A DNA stretch of 64,000 bases from Neoechinorhynchus agilis (lineage: Eukaryota > Animalia > Acanthocephala), in contig CM121341.1 of NCBI GenBank assembly GCA_051530055.1, positions 5,124,784-5,188,783 of the forward strand, given 5' to 3'. Below are positions 49,261 through 60,429 of the stretch, in pieces. Positions within the stretch are counted from its first letter, which is position 1. The number at the start of each line of letters is the position of its first letter. Both the position numbers and the translations under genes were made by a program. The notes beneath the pieces were generated by a model. The model ran no database searches. It saw only the letters and a program-made list of their open reading frames with translations, and had not been told where the DNA came from.

Positions 49261-50633
49261 ATGTTGCTCTTAATTTTGATCACAAATGCCCTAAGTATAG
49301 GTGAGTATATCCTTTTCGTTTGATTGAACGTTAACTACTTTAAAAAGTTCTGGGACTATACCCGATTATACACCAAATCGCCTACAAATTCAGTTTTAAA
49401 CCACCTCAAATAACTGCGTCCGACCATACGATCCCATTTTGGACGGGAGGCCAAAATGTTGAAGTGCATCCTGACTTTATCCGCTTATCCGGTCCAGAAT
49501 GCAGTGAAACCGGACGAATTTGGTGTAATCGACTCTTTGAAGGCGAAAGTTGGACGTTCGAGAGCAGATTTCGAATTTCCGGAATTATCGGTGGATACGG
49601 TATGGCTTTCTGGTTCACAAAAGCGGAATTAACGAGAGGAAGTGCTTTCGGCGCATCCAGTATCTTCGAAGGACTGTCTGTAGTGCTAGACACGTACAGT
49701 AAAACGTGGAAGGATAAAACTGAGATGATTGGAGTAGTTGTGAACAACGGTACGCATATTCCATCAAATGGCGGATTTGAACTCGGTCATTTTGCTTCGG
49801 CGGCGATGCTGAAATTCAGAAATTCACTCAAACCATGCACATTGAGAGTGACTTACTTGGATCGGACACTGATTGTTGAGTTTAAATCGGACAAAAGTTC
49901 CGTATTCACTCCTTGCGCTCGAATCGAAAGCGTAGATTTGCCGCGAAAGGGGTATTTTGGTATCAGTGTTGGCTCGAAACGACATTCTAAAGACTCTTAC
50001 GACCTTTACTCATTTGTCGTTCATAAGTTGATCAAGTCCGAGAGGAAATCAATAATCGACGACGGTGATGATGATGATGATGATCAACGGCGACAAAAGG
50101 TGTCATACCATCGTCGGTCAATGCAATTGAACAATGAACTCGAGGCAAGAGCTGAAGATGCAAACAAAAATTTAGACAACTTATTGAGTGGTGATATCCA
50201 ATATTTGCTAGATCGATTGAAGGACATTCAATGGCAGAATAGCGAGGAAAAAGCGACCGAAATCAAAGCGACGTGGCAAAAGATAATGGCATTGGCCTTA
50301 GAGCATAGTGAACTCGACAAAGAAGGCATTGCTCAAATGCAGAGTTTTTTTGAACTGATGTTAGAAAACGTATCTCCTGCCGATTTGCCGACAAATCTTG
50401 ATTTTCTTTTTTCCCAATTGGACAGTGCAATCCATGGGAAATCGGAAGATAGATTGGAACGCGTTCAGCACGATACGGAACGAATGTTCTTATTTTTGCA
50501 AAAGTTGAACAAAATGATAGATCGTTTGGATATGCTTGGGTTCGAAAGAGAAATGTATCGACAACAAGGAGCCATGATGGTTAAACACAAGGAATTATTG
50601 GAGAAAGAGCAGGAAATGATTAAGAAAATGTAA
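49261..50633 (+). CDS. L-type lectin, ERGIC-53/LMAN1-like
   Basis: Signal-peptide exon 49261-49300 and intron 49301-49347 (GTGAGT...AAAAAG), then YKFSFKPP...TIPFW...DFIRL, GMAFWF, FEGLSVVLD and GYFGIS, followed by a helical stalk. The 3' end is uncertain (possible donor at 50630). Confidence 0.85.
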
Positions 50634-51297
50634 GTACTATGTGTATATAAAATCGTTAGTGGATTCATTTTGCTCGTTGTATAGTCATCAAAACCAACAG
50701 ATCCTTTGGGAAGGCTTAAAGGAAATACAAACGGTATTTTTCTTAGTCTAAATAACTGCTCCATCTATAAAAATATTTAGGAATATGAAGATCTAAGTTA
50801 CTTACGAACCTTTTTTTACTGGATACTCTTATTCGTTATAGTTTTCATCATTTACGAAGTTCTCAGTTCTTGTAACTACTTTCAGGATAGCTCTAGACAA
50901 ATTGAAAAAAAGTACTGTTAGATATTTAGATGTCAACGAATAAATACAATATTTATACTTAAGAAAGAAGAGTTGATCTCGATAATTTTCCGTCATCGTA
51001 TTGGTTTTTTTATGGTCGGATGTTTTCGTCAATTCTGTTCCTAGGGTGGTGGACTTGAGAAGGTTTTATCAATTTTGATTTAGACGGATTCTACAATGCA
51101 TCAATTCCATTTAAATTCCAGAATTCTTCGTTGTTTCGCATAATAATCTCGAAAATTCGATATCATTAAATTTTCAAAATCTCCTCTCTCTCTCAATTCT
51201 GATTGGTGGTCGGCTTTGCACTAAACGATTAAGCTCTTTTTCGCGATGCAGACTCAAAGTATGCAAGAATGCTGTTTTTTTATTGACATATTAAATT

Positions 51298-52425
51298 TTA
51301 AATAGTAGTTCTCTTACGCCCAACAGTTCGATTTTTGGAGCGTCTTGAGGACAAATTATCCCACGAATTTCTCCTCGTTTTCGAACCTTTACATTGTCCA
51401 CACATTTCACATTTAAATGCGCATTTGCTGTTCAAAAAGGTGCAAATAAGGCAATTCCACGATTCCGCTCGTATTTTACACGTCGAAGCTCTCTCATTTT
51501 CACTAGAATTCGTCTTTGCCACATTCGCACTTTGCTCATTTACCGTAAAAGACTTGGGGATTTCATTGGATCGGACACTGTAATCTTCAGTGCTGCTCAA
51601 CGTCGCCGAGGGTTTGAAAAGCGATTTAGTTGGATGAATATCCGGATTAAGCAACATTCTACGTTTTCTTTTCACTGGAACGACATCCTTATTCAAGGTT
51701 TTGTCAATTACAACGTCGTCGGCATTTCCGAGGCTCTTATCTAATTCTATGGACGAAGATCGAATTGAACTTATTCGGATGCCTTGACAGATTTCGCACT
51801 TAAAACTTTTGTTAAAGTTTTCAAACGTGCATTTAGAACACTTCCAACTCTTGTTGTTGTTCGCCTTATCGTCATTTTCTTCTTTATTTATGATTTTATC
51901 AGAACTCCGAGAGAGTTTTGACTCGCTAGAGTTGGTAGAAATAACGGATAACTCCAATCCACTTGGATCTGATGAAATTGTCCTTCGTGAACTACGACGT
52001 ACACCGCTGCAGATTTCACACCTGAAACTCTGATCCACGTTAACAAAAGTACATTTGGGACAAGTCCAACTTGTTTTGTTCATTGATTTCTTTTTGGTTC
52101 GTTGAATCGTACGCTCTTTTTTATTGAGAGATACAGCCAAAACGTGGGAAATGCAGAACTCATCTGATTTACGGACTTGAAGCTGATTTTCAAGAATTTC
52201 CGAAGACCGATTAGGCGTCCGAGGTTCGCTTGGTTCCACCGAAGACAATCGACGGGAACTTTGACGAACGCACTCACATATCTCGCATTTGAAACTATTT
52301 TTCAAATTTATGAACGTACATCTAAGACACGTCCAACCCTCGGGCGTAATCTTCAGTTTTAGCTTCTTCGTCTTCTTAGATTCGGAATTGATTTTGACCG
52401 ATGGCTTCTCTTCTGAGTATTCCAT
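51298..52425 (-). CDS. Protein with four RanBP2/NZF-type zinc fingers
   Basis: Four W-x-C-x2-C-T-F-x-N-x6-C-E-x-C units with Ser/Arg/Lys-rich linkers. TTTTAG directly precedes the ATG and there is a GTAAGA donor near the end, so this may be one exon of a longer gene. Confidence 0.85.
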   Translation of the reverse strand: MEYSEEKPSVKINSESKKTKKLKLKITPEGWTCLRCTFINLKNSFKCEICECVRQSSRRLSSVEPSEPRTPNRSSEILENQLQVRKSDEFCISHVLAVSLNKKERTIQRTKKKSMNKTSWTCPKCTFVNVDQSFRCEICSGVRRSSRRTISSDPSGLELSVISTNSSESKLSRSSDKIINKEENDDKANNNKSWKCSKCTFENFNKSFKCEICQGIRISSIRSSSIELDKSLGNADDVVIDKTLNKDVVPVKRKRRMLLNPDIHPTKSLFKPSATLSSTEDYSVRSNEIPKSFTVNEQSANVAKTNSSENERASTCKIRAESWNCLICTFLNSKCAFKCEMCGQCKGSKTRRNSWDNLSSRRSKNRTVGRKRTTI

Positions 52426-52674
52426 CTAAAACCAATGGAGAAAGAGGCGTTTTTGCATTAAAAATACGAGGAATATTCGTAAAAACCGAAAAGCCTCTTC
52501 TGCGTGAGTGTGAATCGGCCCACTTCTTAGTCTGACGTCAAAATCGTTTTCGCCAGTTGCACCAAACGCTTCGCAAAAACACTGACGCACACACACAACA
52601 CAGATACAGGAATTTTCTCGCACGTGACGTAATCGACGAAACGATTCGAAAGGAACACTGCATTTTTGTAGTGT

Positions 52675-55600
52675 TCCTTCAAATCGACCGAGTAAATTGG
52701 CCAATGACGTCATTTTGAAAGCTATAAATGTGACGTGCGATTTCGGTGACGACTTTCGCTCAAAAAATCTAGAGTTTAGGGTTCGTTGTTTTGGATTAAG
52801 GAACTTTGCTCTCTCTCTCGGTTGTTTCAATAAATTTGCCAAAGAAACCTTTTATACGTCATCGATGTAAACAAAGTCTTTTGCCAAAAACAAATCACTA
52901 AGGAGGGGAAACGATCCTTCCATTTCCTTCGTTCAAATCGACCGCGTAAATTGGCCAATGACGTCATTTTGAAAGCTATAAATGTGACGTGCGATTTCTG
53001 TGACGAATTTCATTCAAAAAATCAGAGTTTAGGTTCGTTTTGGATTAAGGAACTTTGCCCTCTCTCGGTTGTTTCAATAAATTCAAAGAAACCTTTTATA
53101 CGTCATCGATGTAAACAAAGTCTTTTGCCAAAAACAAATCATTAAGGAGGGGAATCGAACCTTCCATTTCCTTCGTTCAAATCGACCGCGTAAATTGGCC
53201 AATGACGTCATTTTGAAAGCTATAAATGTGACGTGCGATTTCTGTGACGAATTTCATTCAAAAAATCTAGAGTTTAGGGTTCGTTGTTTTGGATTAAGGA
53301 ACTTTGCTCTCTCTCGGTTGTTTCAATAAATTTGCCAAAGAAACCTTTTATACGTCATCGATGTAAACAAAGTCTTTTGCCAAAAACAAATCACTAAGGA
53401 GGGGAACGATCCTTCCATTTCCTTCGTTCAAATCGACCGCGTAAATTGGCCAATGACGTCATTTTGAAAGCTATAAATGTGACGTGGATTTCTGTGACGA
53501 ATTTCATTCAAAAAATGACAGAGTTTAGGGTTCGTTGTTTTGGATTAAGAAACTTTGCTCTCTCTCTCGGTTGTTTCAATAAATTTGCCAAAGAAACCTT
53601 TTATACGTCATCGATGTAAACAAAGTCTTTTGCCAAAAACAAATCACTAAGGAGGGGAATCAACCTTCCATTTCCTTCGTTCAAATCGACCGCGTAAATT
53701 GGCCAATGACGTCATTTTGAAAGCTATAAATGTGACGTGCGATTTCTGTGACGAATTTCATTCAAAAAATCAGAGTTTAGGGTTCGTTGTTTTTGATTAA
53801 GAAACTTTGCCCTCTCTCGGTTGTTTCAATAAATTTGCCAAAGAAACCTTTTATACGTCATCGATGTAAACAAAGTCTTTTGCCAAAAACAAATCACTAA
53901 GGAGGGGAATCGAACCTTCCATTTCCTTCGTTCAAATCGACGTAAATTGGCCAATGACGTCATTTTGAAAGCTAAAAATGTGACGTGCGATTTCTGTGAC
54001 GAATTTCATTCAAAAAATACAGAGTTTAGGGTTCGTTGTTTTTGATTAAGAAACTTTGCCCTCTCTCGGTTGTTTCAATAAATTTGTCAAAGAAACCTTT
54101 TATACGTCATCGATGTAAACAAAGTCTTTTGCCAAAAACAAATCATTAAGGAGGGGAATCGAACCTTCCATTTCCTTCGTTCAAATCGACCGCGTAAATT
54201 GGCCAATGACGTCATTTTGAAAGCTATAAATGTGACGTGCGATTTCTATGACGAATTTCATTCAAAAAATCTAGAGTTTAGGGTTCGTTGTTTTCGATTA
54301 AGGAACTTTGCTCTCTCTCTCGGTTGTTTCAATAAATTTGTCAAAGAAACCTTTTATACGTCATCGATGTAAACAAAGTCTTTTGCCAAAAACAAATCAC
54401 TAAGGAGGGGAATCGAACCTTCCATTTCCTTCGTTCAAATCGACCGTAAATTGGCCAATGACGTCATTTTGAAAGCTATAAATGTGACGTGCGATTTCTA
54501 TGACGAATTTCATTCAAAAAATCTAGAGTTTAGGGTTCGTTGTTTTGGATTAAGGAACTTTGCTCTCTCTCGGTTGTTTCAATAAATTTGCCAAAGAAAC
54601 CTTTTATACGTCATCGATGTAAACAAAGTCTTTTGCCAAAAACAAATCACTAAGGAGGGGAATCGAACCTTCCATTTCCTTCGTTCAAATCGACCGCGTA
54701 AATTGGCCAATGACGTCATTTTGAAAGCTATAAATGTGACGTGCGATTTCTGTGACGAATTTCATTCAAAAAATCTAGAGTTTAGGGTTCGTTGTTTTGG
54801 ATTAAGGAACTTTGCTCTCTCTCGGTTGTTTCAATAAATTTGCCAAAGAAACCTTTTATACGTCATCGATGTAAACAAAGTCTTTTGCCAAAAACAAATC
54901 ACTAAGGAGGGGAATCGAACCTTCCATTTCCTTCGTTCAAATCGACCGCGTAAATTGGCCAATGACGTCATTTTGAAAGCTATAAATGTGACGTGCGATT
55001 TCTATGACGAATTTCATTCAAAAAATCTAGAGTTTAGGGTTCGTTGTTTTGGATTAAGAAACTTTGCTCTCTCTCTCGGTTGTTTCAATAAATTTGCCAA
55101 AGAAACCTTTTATACGTCATCGATGTAAACAAAGTCTTTTGCCAAAAACAAATCACTAAGGAGGGGAATCGAACCTTCCATTTCCTTCGTTCAAATCGAC
55201 CGCGTAAATTGGCCAATGACGTCATTTTGAAAGCTATAAATGTGACGTGCGATTTCTATGACGAATTTCATTCAAAAAATCTAGAGTTTAGGGTTCGTTG
55301 TTTTTGATTAAGAAACTTTGCTCTCTCTCTCGGTTGTTTCAATAAATTTGCCAAAGAAACCTTTTATACGTCATCGATGTAAACAAAGTCTTTTGCCAAA
55401 AACAAATCACTAAGGAGGGGAATCGAACCTTCCATTTCCTTCGTTCAAATCGACCGCGTAAATTGGCCAATGGCGTCATTTTGAAAGCTATAAATGTGAC
55501 GTGCGATTTCTATGACGAATTTCATTCAAAAAATCTAGAGTTTAGGGTTCGTTGTTTTGGATTAAGAAACTTTGCTCTCTCTCGGTTGTTTCAATAAATT

Positions 55601-55997
55601 TGCCAAAGAAACCTTTTATACGCCATCGATGTAAACAAAGTCTTTTGCCAAAAACAAATCACTAAGGAGGGGAATCGAACCTTCCATTTCCTTCGTTCAA
55701 ATCGACCGCGTAAATTGGCCAATGACGTCATTTTGAAAGCTATAAATGTGACGTTCGATTTCTGTGACGAATTTCATTCAAAAAATCGACAGAGTTTAGG
55801 GTTCCCTTGTTTTGGATTAAGAAACTTTGCCTCTCTCTCTCGGTTGTTTCAATAAATTTGTCAAAGAAACCTTTTATACGTCATCGATGTAAACAAAGTC
55901 TTTTGCCAAAAACAAATCATTAAGGAGCGGAAACGATCCTTCAATTTCCTTCGTTCAAATCGACCGCGTAAATTGGCCAATGACGTCATTTTGAAAG
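52675..55997. repeat. Tandem satellite, ~252-bp monomer, ~13 copies
   Basis: GGCCAATGACGTCA at 52699, 52953, 53197, 53448, 53701, 53949, 54201, 54453, 54705, 54957, 55211, 55717 and 55975; a GGCGTCA variant at 55465. Confidence 0.97.
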
Positions 55998-56359
55998 TTC
56001 CATTGATTTTCCGGACTAAGAACCATAAGAGAGTTGTCGGGTGGCGATTGGAACGGAACTCCTCCTTCGGTACACTCACTGAGCTCAAGAAGGGACACCA
56101 TTTGGAATAGCATGGGAGTCTGCTAAAAGTGAACGATTTTTGTGACTACTTTGAAGATTTTTCGAGTTCAAATTTGATAGAATTGAACTTTTAATGGGTG
56201 GTCTGTAAGAGGAGTGAACTAGTCAGATCGATGCACAAAACCCGCTTTCCTTTCGCCCGCTTTTTATGTTACATTCCCTCACCTCCTATAATCCCGTATT
56301 TTGCAACCTTTGCAAATCACAAATTCGCCACTTTGAAACGTTTCACAGAAGAGCCATGC

Positions 56360-56527
56360 CAGAGACGTATGGAGCGCTTGACAGCTCGGCACTCTGCTCC
56401 AAGATCTCTCGAAGAAATTGAGAGAAACGACCGGCTACACACGAGCAGGTGTATTCCTTCGACAAAATATCTCGCAGTACAACGAGGCAATGCTCGTGAG
56501 AAGCTAAGATTTTGCGGACGGTGGTGA
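56360..56527 (+). mobile_element. 3'-end fragment of CRE-like family B
   Basis: Nucleotide match to 48033-48240 (CGTATGGAGCGCT...TCTCGAAGAAATTGA...GCAGTACAACGAGGCAATGCT...GGTGGTGA). Confidence 0.8.
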
Positions 56528-56643
56528 TTGCATTGTTAATATTGGAATGTATAATAGTGGCTTTTTATTTGGCGGCAGCAAAATTAAAGTAATTTGTTCG
56601 AAGATTGAAATGTTCTGATGTTGGTATCTGACGTAAAAGTTAA

Positions 56644-56753
56644 AAGAAATTATTGATTCCAATATTTCGGCACGATCTTGTGCATTTATCAAGGTTGTTT
56701 AAGTGCTTTTATACTCACCGAATAACCGAAATATCGAATTAAATAAATTTCTT
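56644..56753. mobile_element. Diverged MITE (ATATTTCGG family)
   Basis: Imperfect inverted arms; the interior ATCAAGGTTGTTT is the reverse complement of AAACAACCTTGAT in 23018-23123. Confidence 0.65.
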
Positions 56754-56996
56754 CAATTTTACACAGATCGAAATATCGTCAAATATGGCACTCGAATTCA
56801 AAGATCTGAATTTACCGTCCAATGTTTTTACTTGCGTTATTATTTAGGTCGCTTATGAGCACCCGAGAGAGATCGTTGAAGAAGAATGTATTAAAGTAGA
56901 CTCAGATTTTATCGGTCATTTTATCAATTTGCCGAGTTCTGAAACTATCATTAATTATGTTATTAAGTTCTCCTTTGGTTTAATTGATTGTTTAAC

Positions 56997-57127
56997 CTAC
57001 CGGCGACGAACGAGCAGGTGTATTCCTGCGACAAAATATCCCATTCGCTGTACAACGAGGCAATGCTGCTAACGCGATAGCGGCAGTCCAGGAAGGAGAG
57101 AAGCTAAGATTTTACGGACGGTGGTGA
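56997..57127 (+). mobile_element. 3'-end fragment of CRE-like family B
   Basis: GAGCAGGTGTATTCCTGCGACAAAATATC...GTACAACGAGGCAATGCTGCT...GGACGGTGGTGA. Confidence 0.8.
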
Positions 57128-57249
57128 TTGTACGTTTTATGCTTTGTTATGTATAGATTTTCAACAAACCAGTAAAACGTCTCTTAATCTTACCACCACA
57201 ATTTTCCCCACATATTATTCCCCTGTTTACATGAGCACAACACTCGTAA

Positions 57250-58345
57250 TCCCAATTCGTTTCATCCTCCTTCGACCTCGTACCTCCCTTTCGCTCATGC
57301 CAACTGGCAAGTCGGTTATATTAATCCCCTTACTCTGCTATTCCTTAAAATTAATCGATAAATTATTGGAATTATTAGAATGCGATCAACGCAAATTCGG
57401 CTCTTATTACTGATTTTGCAATGTAAAATTCTTTAACGCGCTATGTCTCAACCTTTGTACGATGATTTATAGTTAAGATAATTGATGTTCTAATGTAATC
57501 CGCTCGCCAAATACCTTTATAAAATTTTTTAACAAGTCAGTATAATGCCTAAAAAACCTTGAACCACAATTTCTTCTACATATCGCCTTCTTTTAACATG
57601 AGCCATCACCACAATTTCTTTCATTCTCCTTCGACCCCGCACCTTCCTATACCTACGCTCCTATTCCACACTGGCAAATCTTCTCTCGGATATCATAATC
57701 TGAAATGAACCTGAGGAAAGACTCAACTTCACAAACTCTCCAACAAATAATAACTTTCATACCCGACCGGAGTCGCTATTCACTCCAAAATCAAAAGCCA
57801 CATTCATTTATTCCATCAGTGCTCGCAACTCCCTCTTCTATCTTTTCCATACTGGCAAATCTTCTCTCGGATATCATAATCCGAAATGAACCTGAGGAAA
57901 GACCCAACTTCACAAACTCTCCAACAAACAATAACCACAAATTCCTACCAGAGCGAACCTTCGAACCCGATCGGAAATTCTCAAACGAACGGACATATTA
58001 TTCCCTTTGCCCGATCTCTACAAATTTTACTTCTGCTTTATTTTACACTCTCTCACCTACGGTTACCCCGTCTTCAGCAACCTTTCCAAATCTCGAATCC
58101 GTCGTCTTTAAATATTTCACGGAGAAGAACATCTAAAATTTGCACAGCTGACTTTCCCCCTCTCACTGAATGCCTTTATAAAATTTTCATAAAACAATCA
58201 AAACGCCAATCAAAATCACCACAATTTCTTTCATTCTCCTTCGACCTCGCACCTCCCTATACCTACGCTCCTTTTTCCATGCAGCCAAATCTTCTCTCGG
58301 ATATCATAATCTGAAATGATTTTGAGGAAAGACCCAACCTTACAA
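57250..58345. repeat. Decayed, irregularly spaced direct repeats (pyrimidine-rich)
   Basis: AAATCTTCTCTCGGATATCATAATC near 57676, 57856 and 58287; CACAATTTCTTTCATTCTCCTTCGACC near 57609 and 58219. Confidence 0.75.
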
Positions 58346-58701
58346 GCTCTCTTGTAAACAATAACCACCAATTCCCTCCAATCCAATCGGATATTCCCAC
58401 ATGACCGATGCCGTAATCCACTTCCAAATGAGAACTCGAGTGTTTTTGTGAGGACTCAAACGAGGACATGAGTCCCATTATTCGTGTATTAACAAATAAA
58501 CGTGTTCATTTAGTAAATCTCGAAGAACGGATTCCGCAAATGTTTTCAGATTTACGATAGTTGAGACAATGGTTAACATGAAGCTACAATAAAGCTTCTT
58601 TGGTTATTTTAACTAATGTCGTTGAAATGTCCTAAAGTTAAAGCAGATTATTAATTGAGTTCAGTGAGTGTTAGGAAACGACTAATCAATACAGAATGTA
58701 T

Positions 58702-59583
58702 TTAATCATTTTCCAGCAAGATAAGGCAACAGAGCTCAGGCAGGATATCAACGTATTCACTCAGAGGACTTTGGTCGGTCGACAGTTCACAGGCATAGTC
58801 CTGAATGATTTCTTTTATGGTGGACTGTTCCACTCGTCCTAATTTCCGTTCGGTATATTTGTCCAATTCTTCAATTATTTGTCTTTTGGATAGTTCATTA
58901 TGCTTCGCCAAGCTCGCTAGAAGACTTTTCCTATCGCACGTCGATTCGCTAATCTTGGCTATTGCACTAACTTTCATACGCCGAAAACGCATCTCTGATT
59001 TATTGACTTCATCATTAAATCTACTAATTGAACGCTGATCGATACTATTCATGCTGTTTTCTTTAACTCTTAAGGAATATTGGTCAAATGGTAAACTCGG
59101 AATCGCGACTCTATCGCAACCATTTTCGTATTGTTGGGGGGTATCTTTTATCGAAGAACAGTATACCTTCTTGTGGCTTAGACATGGACCAGGAAAACCT
59201 TTTTTTGAAGCCTGACGAGAAAGTGCATAGAGACACAAAGTGACTTGAGCAATGTTTCGTTTCTCAAACAAATCCATCGGATGAAACAGTTCTCCGTCCG
59301 GCACTCCATACGCACGAGCAGCTCTTTGAAATGATTGAATGTTTTCTCGGAAAGCAAAAGCACTTCCCTTTGAATTTATTTTTGAGATTGATCCAGGACT
59401 AAGGATATTCATCAAACGACACAGGTAAACGCCATTCTTAAGGGCATCCTCAAACAAAATATCAGTTGGAAATTTCTCGCCCAATATGTCCTCGAGCCAC
59501 TCTTGAGCTTGTTGTTCCATTCTCTGATCTCGTTTGGATGCCATCTTCTTCGCAATCGCAATGTCCATTCCATACAGAGGCAT
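58702..59583 (-). CDS. Transgelin/MP20-type calponin-homology protein with a novel C-terminal half (293 aa)
   Basis: YG....KKMASK.D..ME.QA.EW; LKNGVYLCRLMN; RENI..F..AA.AYGV; LF...DLFEKRN..QV..CL.AL.R. Confidence 0.88.
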   Translation of the reverse strand: MPLYGMDIAIAKKMASKRDQRMEQQAQEWLEDILGEKFPTDILFEDALKNGVYLCRLMNILSPGSISKINSKGSAFAFRENIQSFQRAARAYGVPDGELFHPMDLFEKRNIAQVTLCLYALSRQASKKGFPGPCLSHKKVYCSSIKDTPQQYENGCDRVAIPSLPFDQYSLRVKENSMNSIDQRSISRFNDEVNKSEMRFRRMKVSAIAKISESTCDRKSLLASLAKHNELSKRQIIEELDKYTERKLGRVEQSTIKEIIQDYACELSTDQSPLSEYVDILPELCCLILLEND

Positions 59584-60139
59584 TCCTTAAAAGATTTTCG
59601 GCTTCCGGGAAGATTGGTGTATTCTATATATGTTTGTGGGAGAGTTCTTATATATTGACTGCGAAAATGATGCAATAATCTACTTCTTGGAAGAGCGACT
59701 GGGAATAAGAAGAGGAAATCGAGAAAATCCGTAGCATTACAACGTCGATTAGGAGGAGAGCAGTCTGCAGTCGCATGGCGTGCAAGAGAAGGAGCATGGA
59801 AGGGTGTACCCAAGGACTCTTTGTTGTAAATGACTGAAGAATGAAAGTGGGACGAAGCATCTGTTAATTTAGTCCGATATTAAGAACATCGCTCCGTAGG
59901 CGGACAAACTCAATCCATTGATTGGACTAACGATTTATAAACTAAGATTTTCCTTGTCCATACGCGAAGAACCTCGGTCATAAAAAGACGTTGATAGATC
60001 GTTAGTGGATGCGTTAAGGAAACAATTCACGTTTCCAGCACGTAAAACGCCCATTTCTGGATTAATGAGAATGGGGGGGAAATTAAACAAATGGAAAATT
60101 AAAACCTAAAAAAGGCTAATACAAAAATTGAAACCGTTT

Positions 60140-60272
60140 TCTTTGGTTATGAGAAAAATAGAGATTGTTTTTTATCTCAATATTTCGTTTGTTTCGTCCG
60201 ACTTCTTCAGGTTGCTGGTAATCTGAAGAAGTCCGACGAGAAGGGCGAGTCAATTTTTCTCATAACCAAAGA
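60140..60272. mobile_element. Small MITE-like inverted repeat
   Basis: TCTTTGGTTATGAGAAAAAT and ATTTTTCTCATAACCAAAGA form a perfect 20-bp pair, with an inner GACTTCTTCAG / CTGAAGAAGTC pair. Confidence 0.75.
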
Positions 60273-60429
60273 CCACATATATAAATAAACAACTTCTTCA
60301 TGACTACATTTAAGAAGCTAAAAAGATTCCAATTGTCTAAGAATTTATCTGTTAAAATCGAACCGATTTAGGCCAATTAGGTGTAAAAATATGTACTAAT
60401 TAACTTGTGAATTGGTTGTTTCTTGCGAA

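Noticed and set aside
52770-55810. TTAGGG in most 252-bp monomers as interstitial telomere
   Set aside because: There is one hexamer per monomer and it is never tandem.
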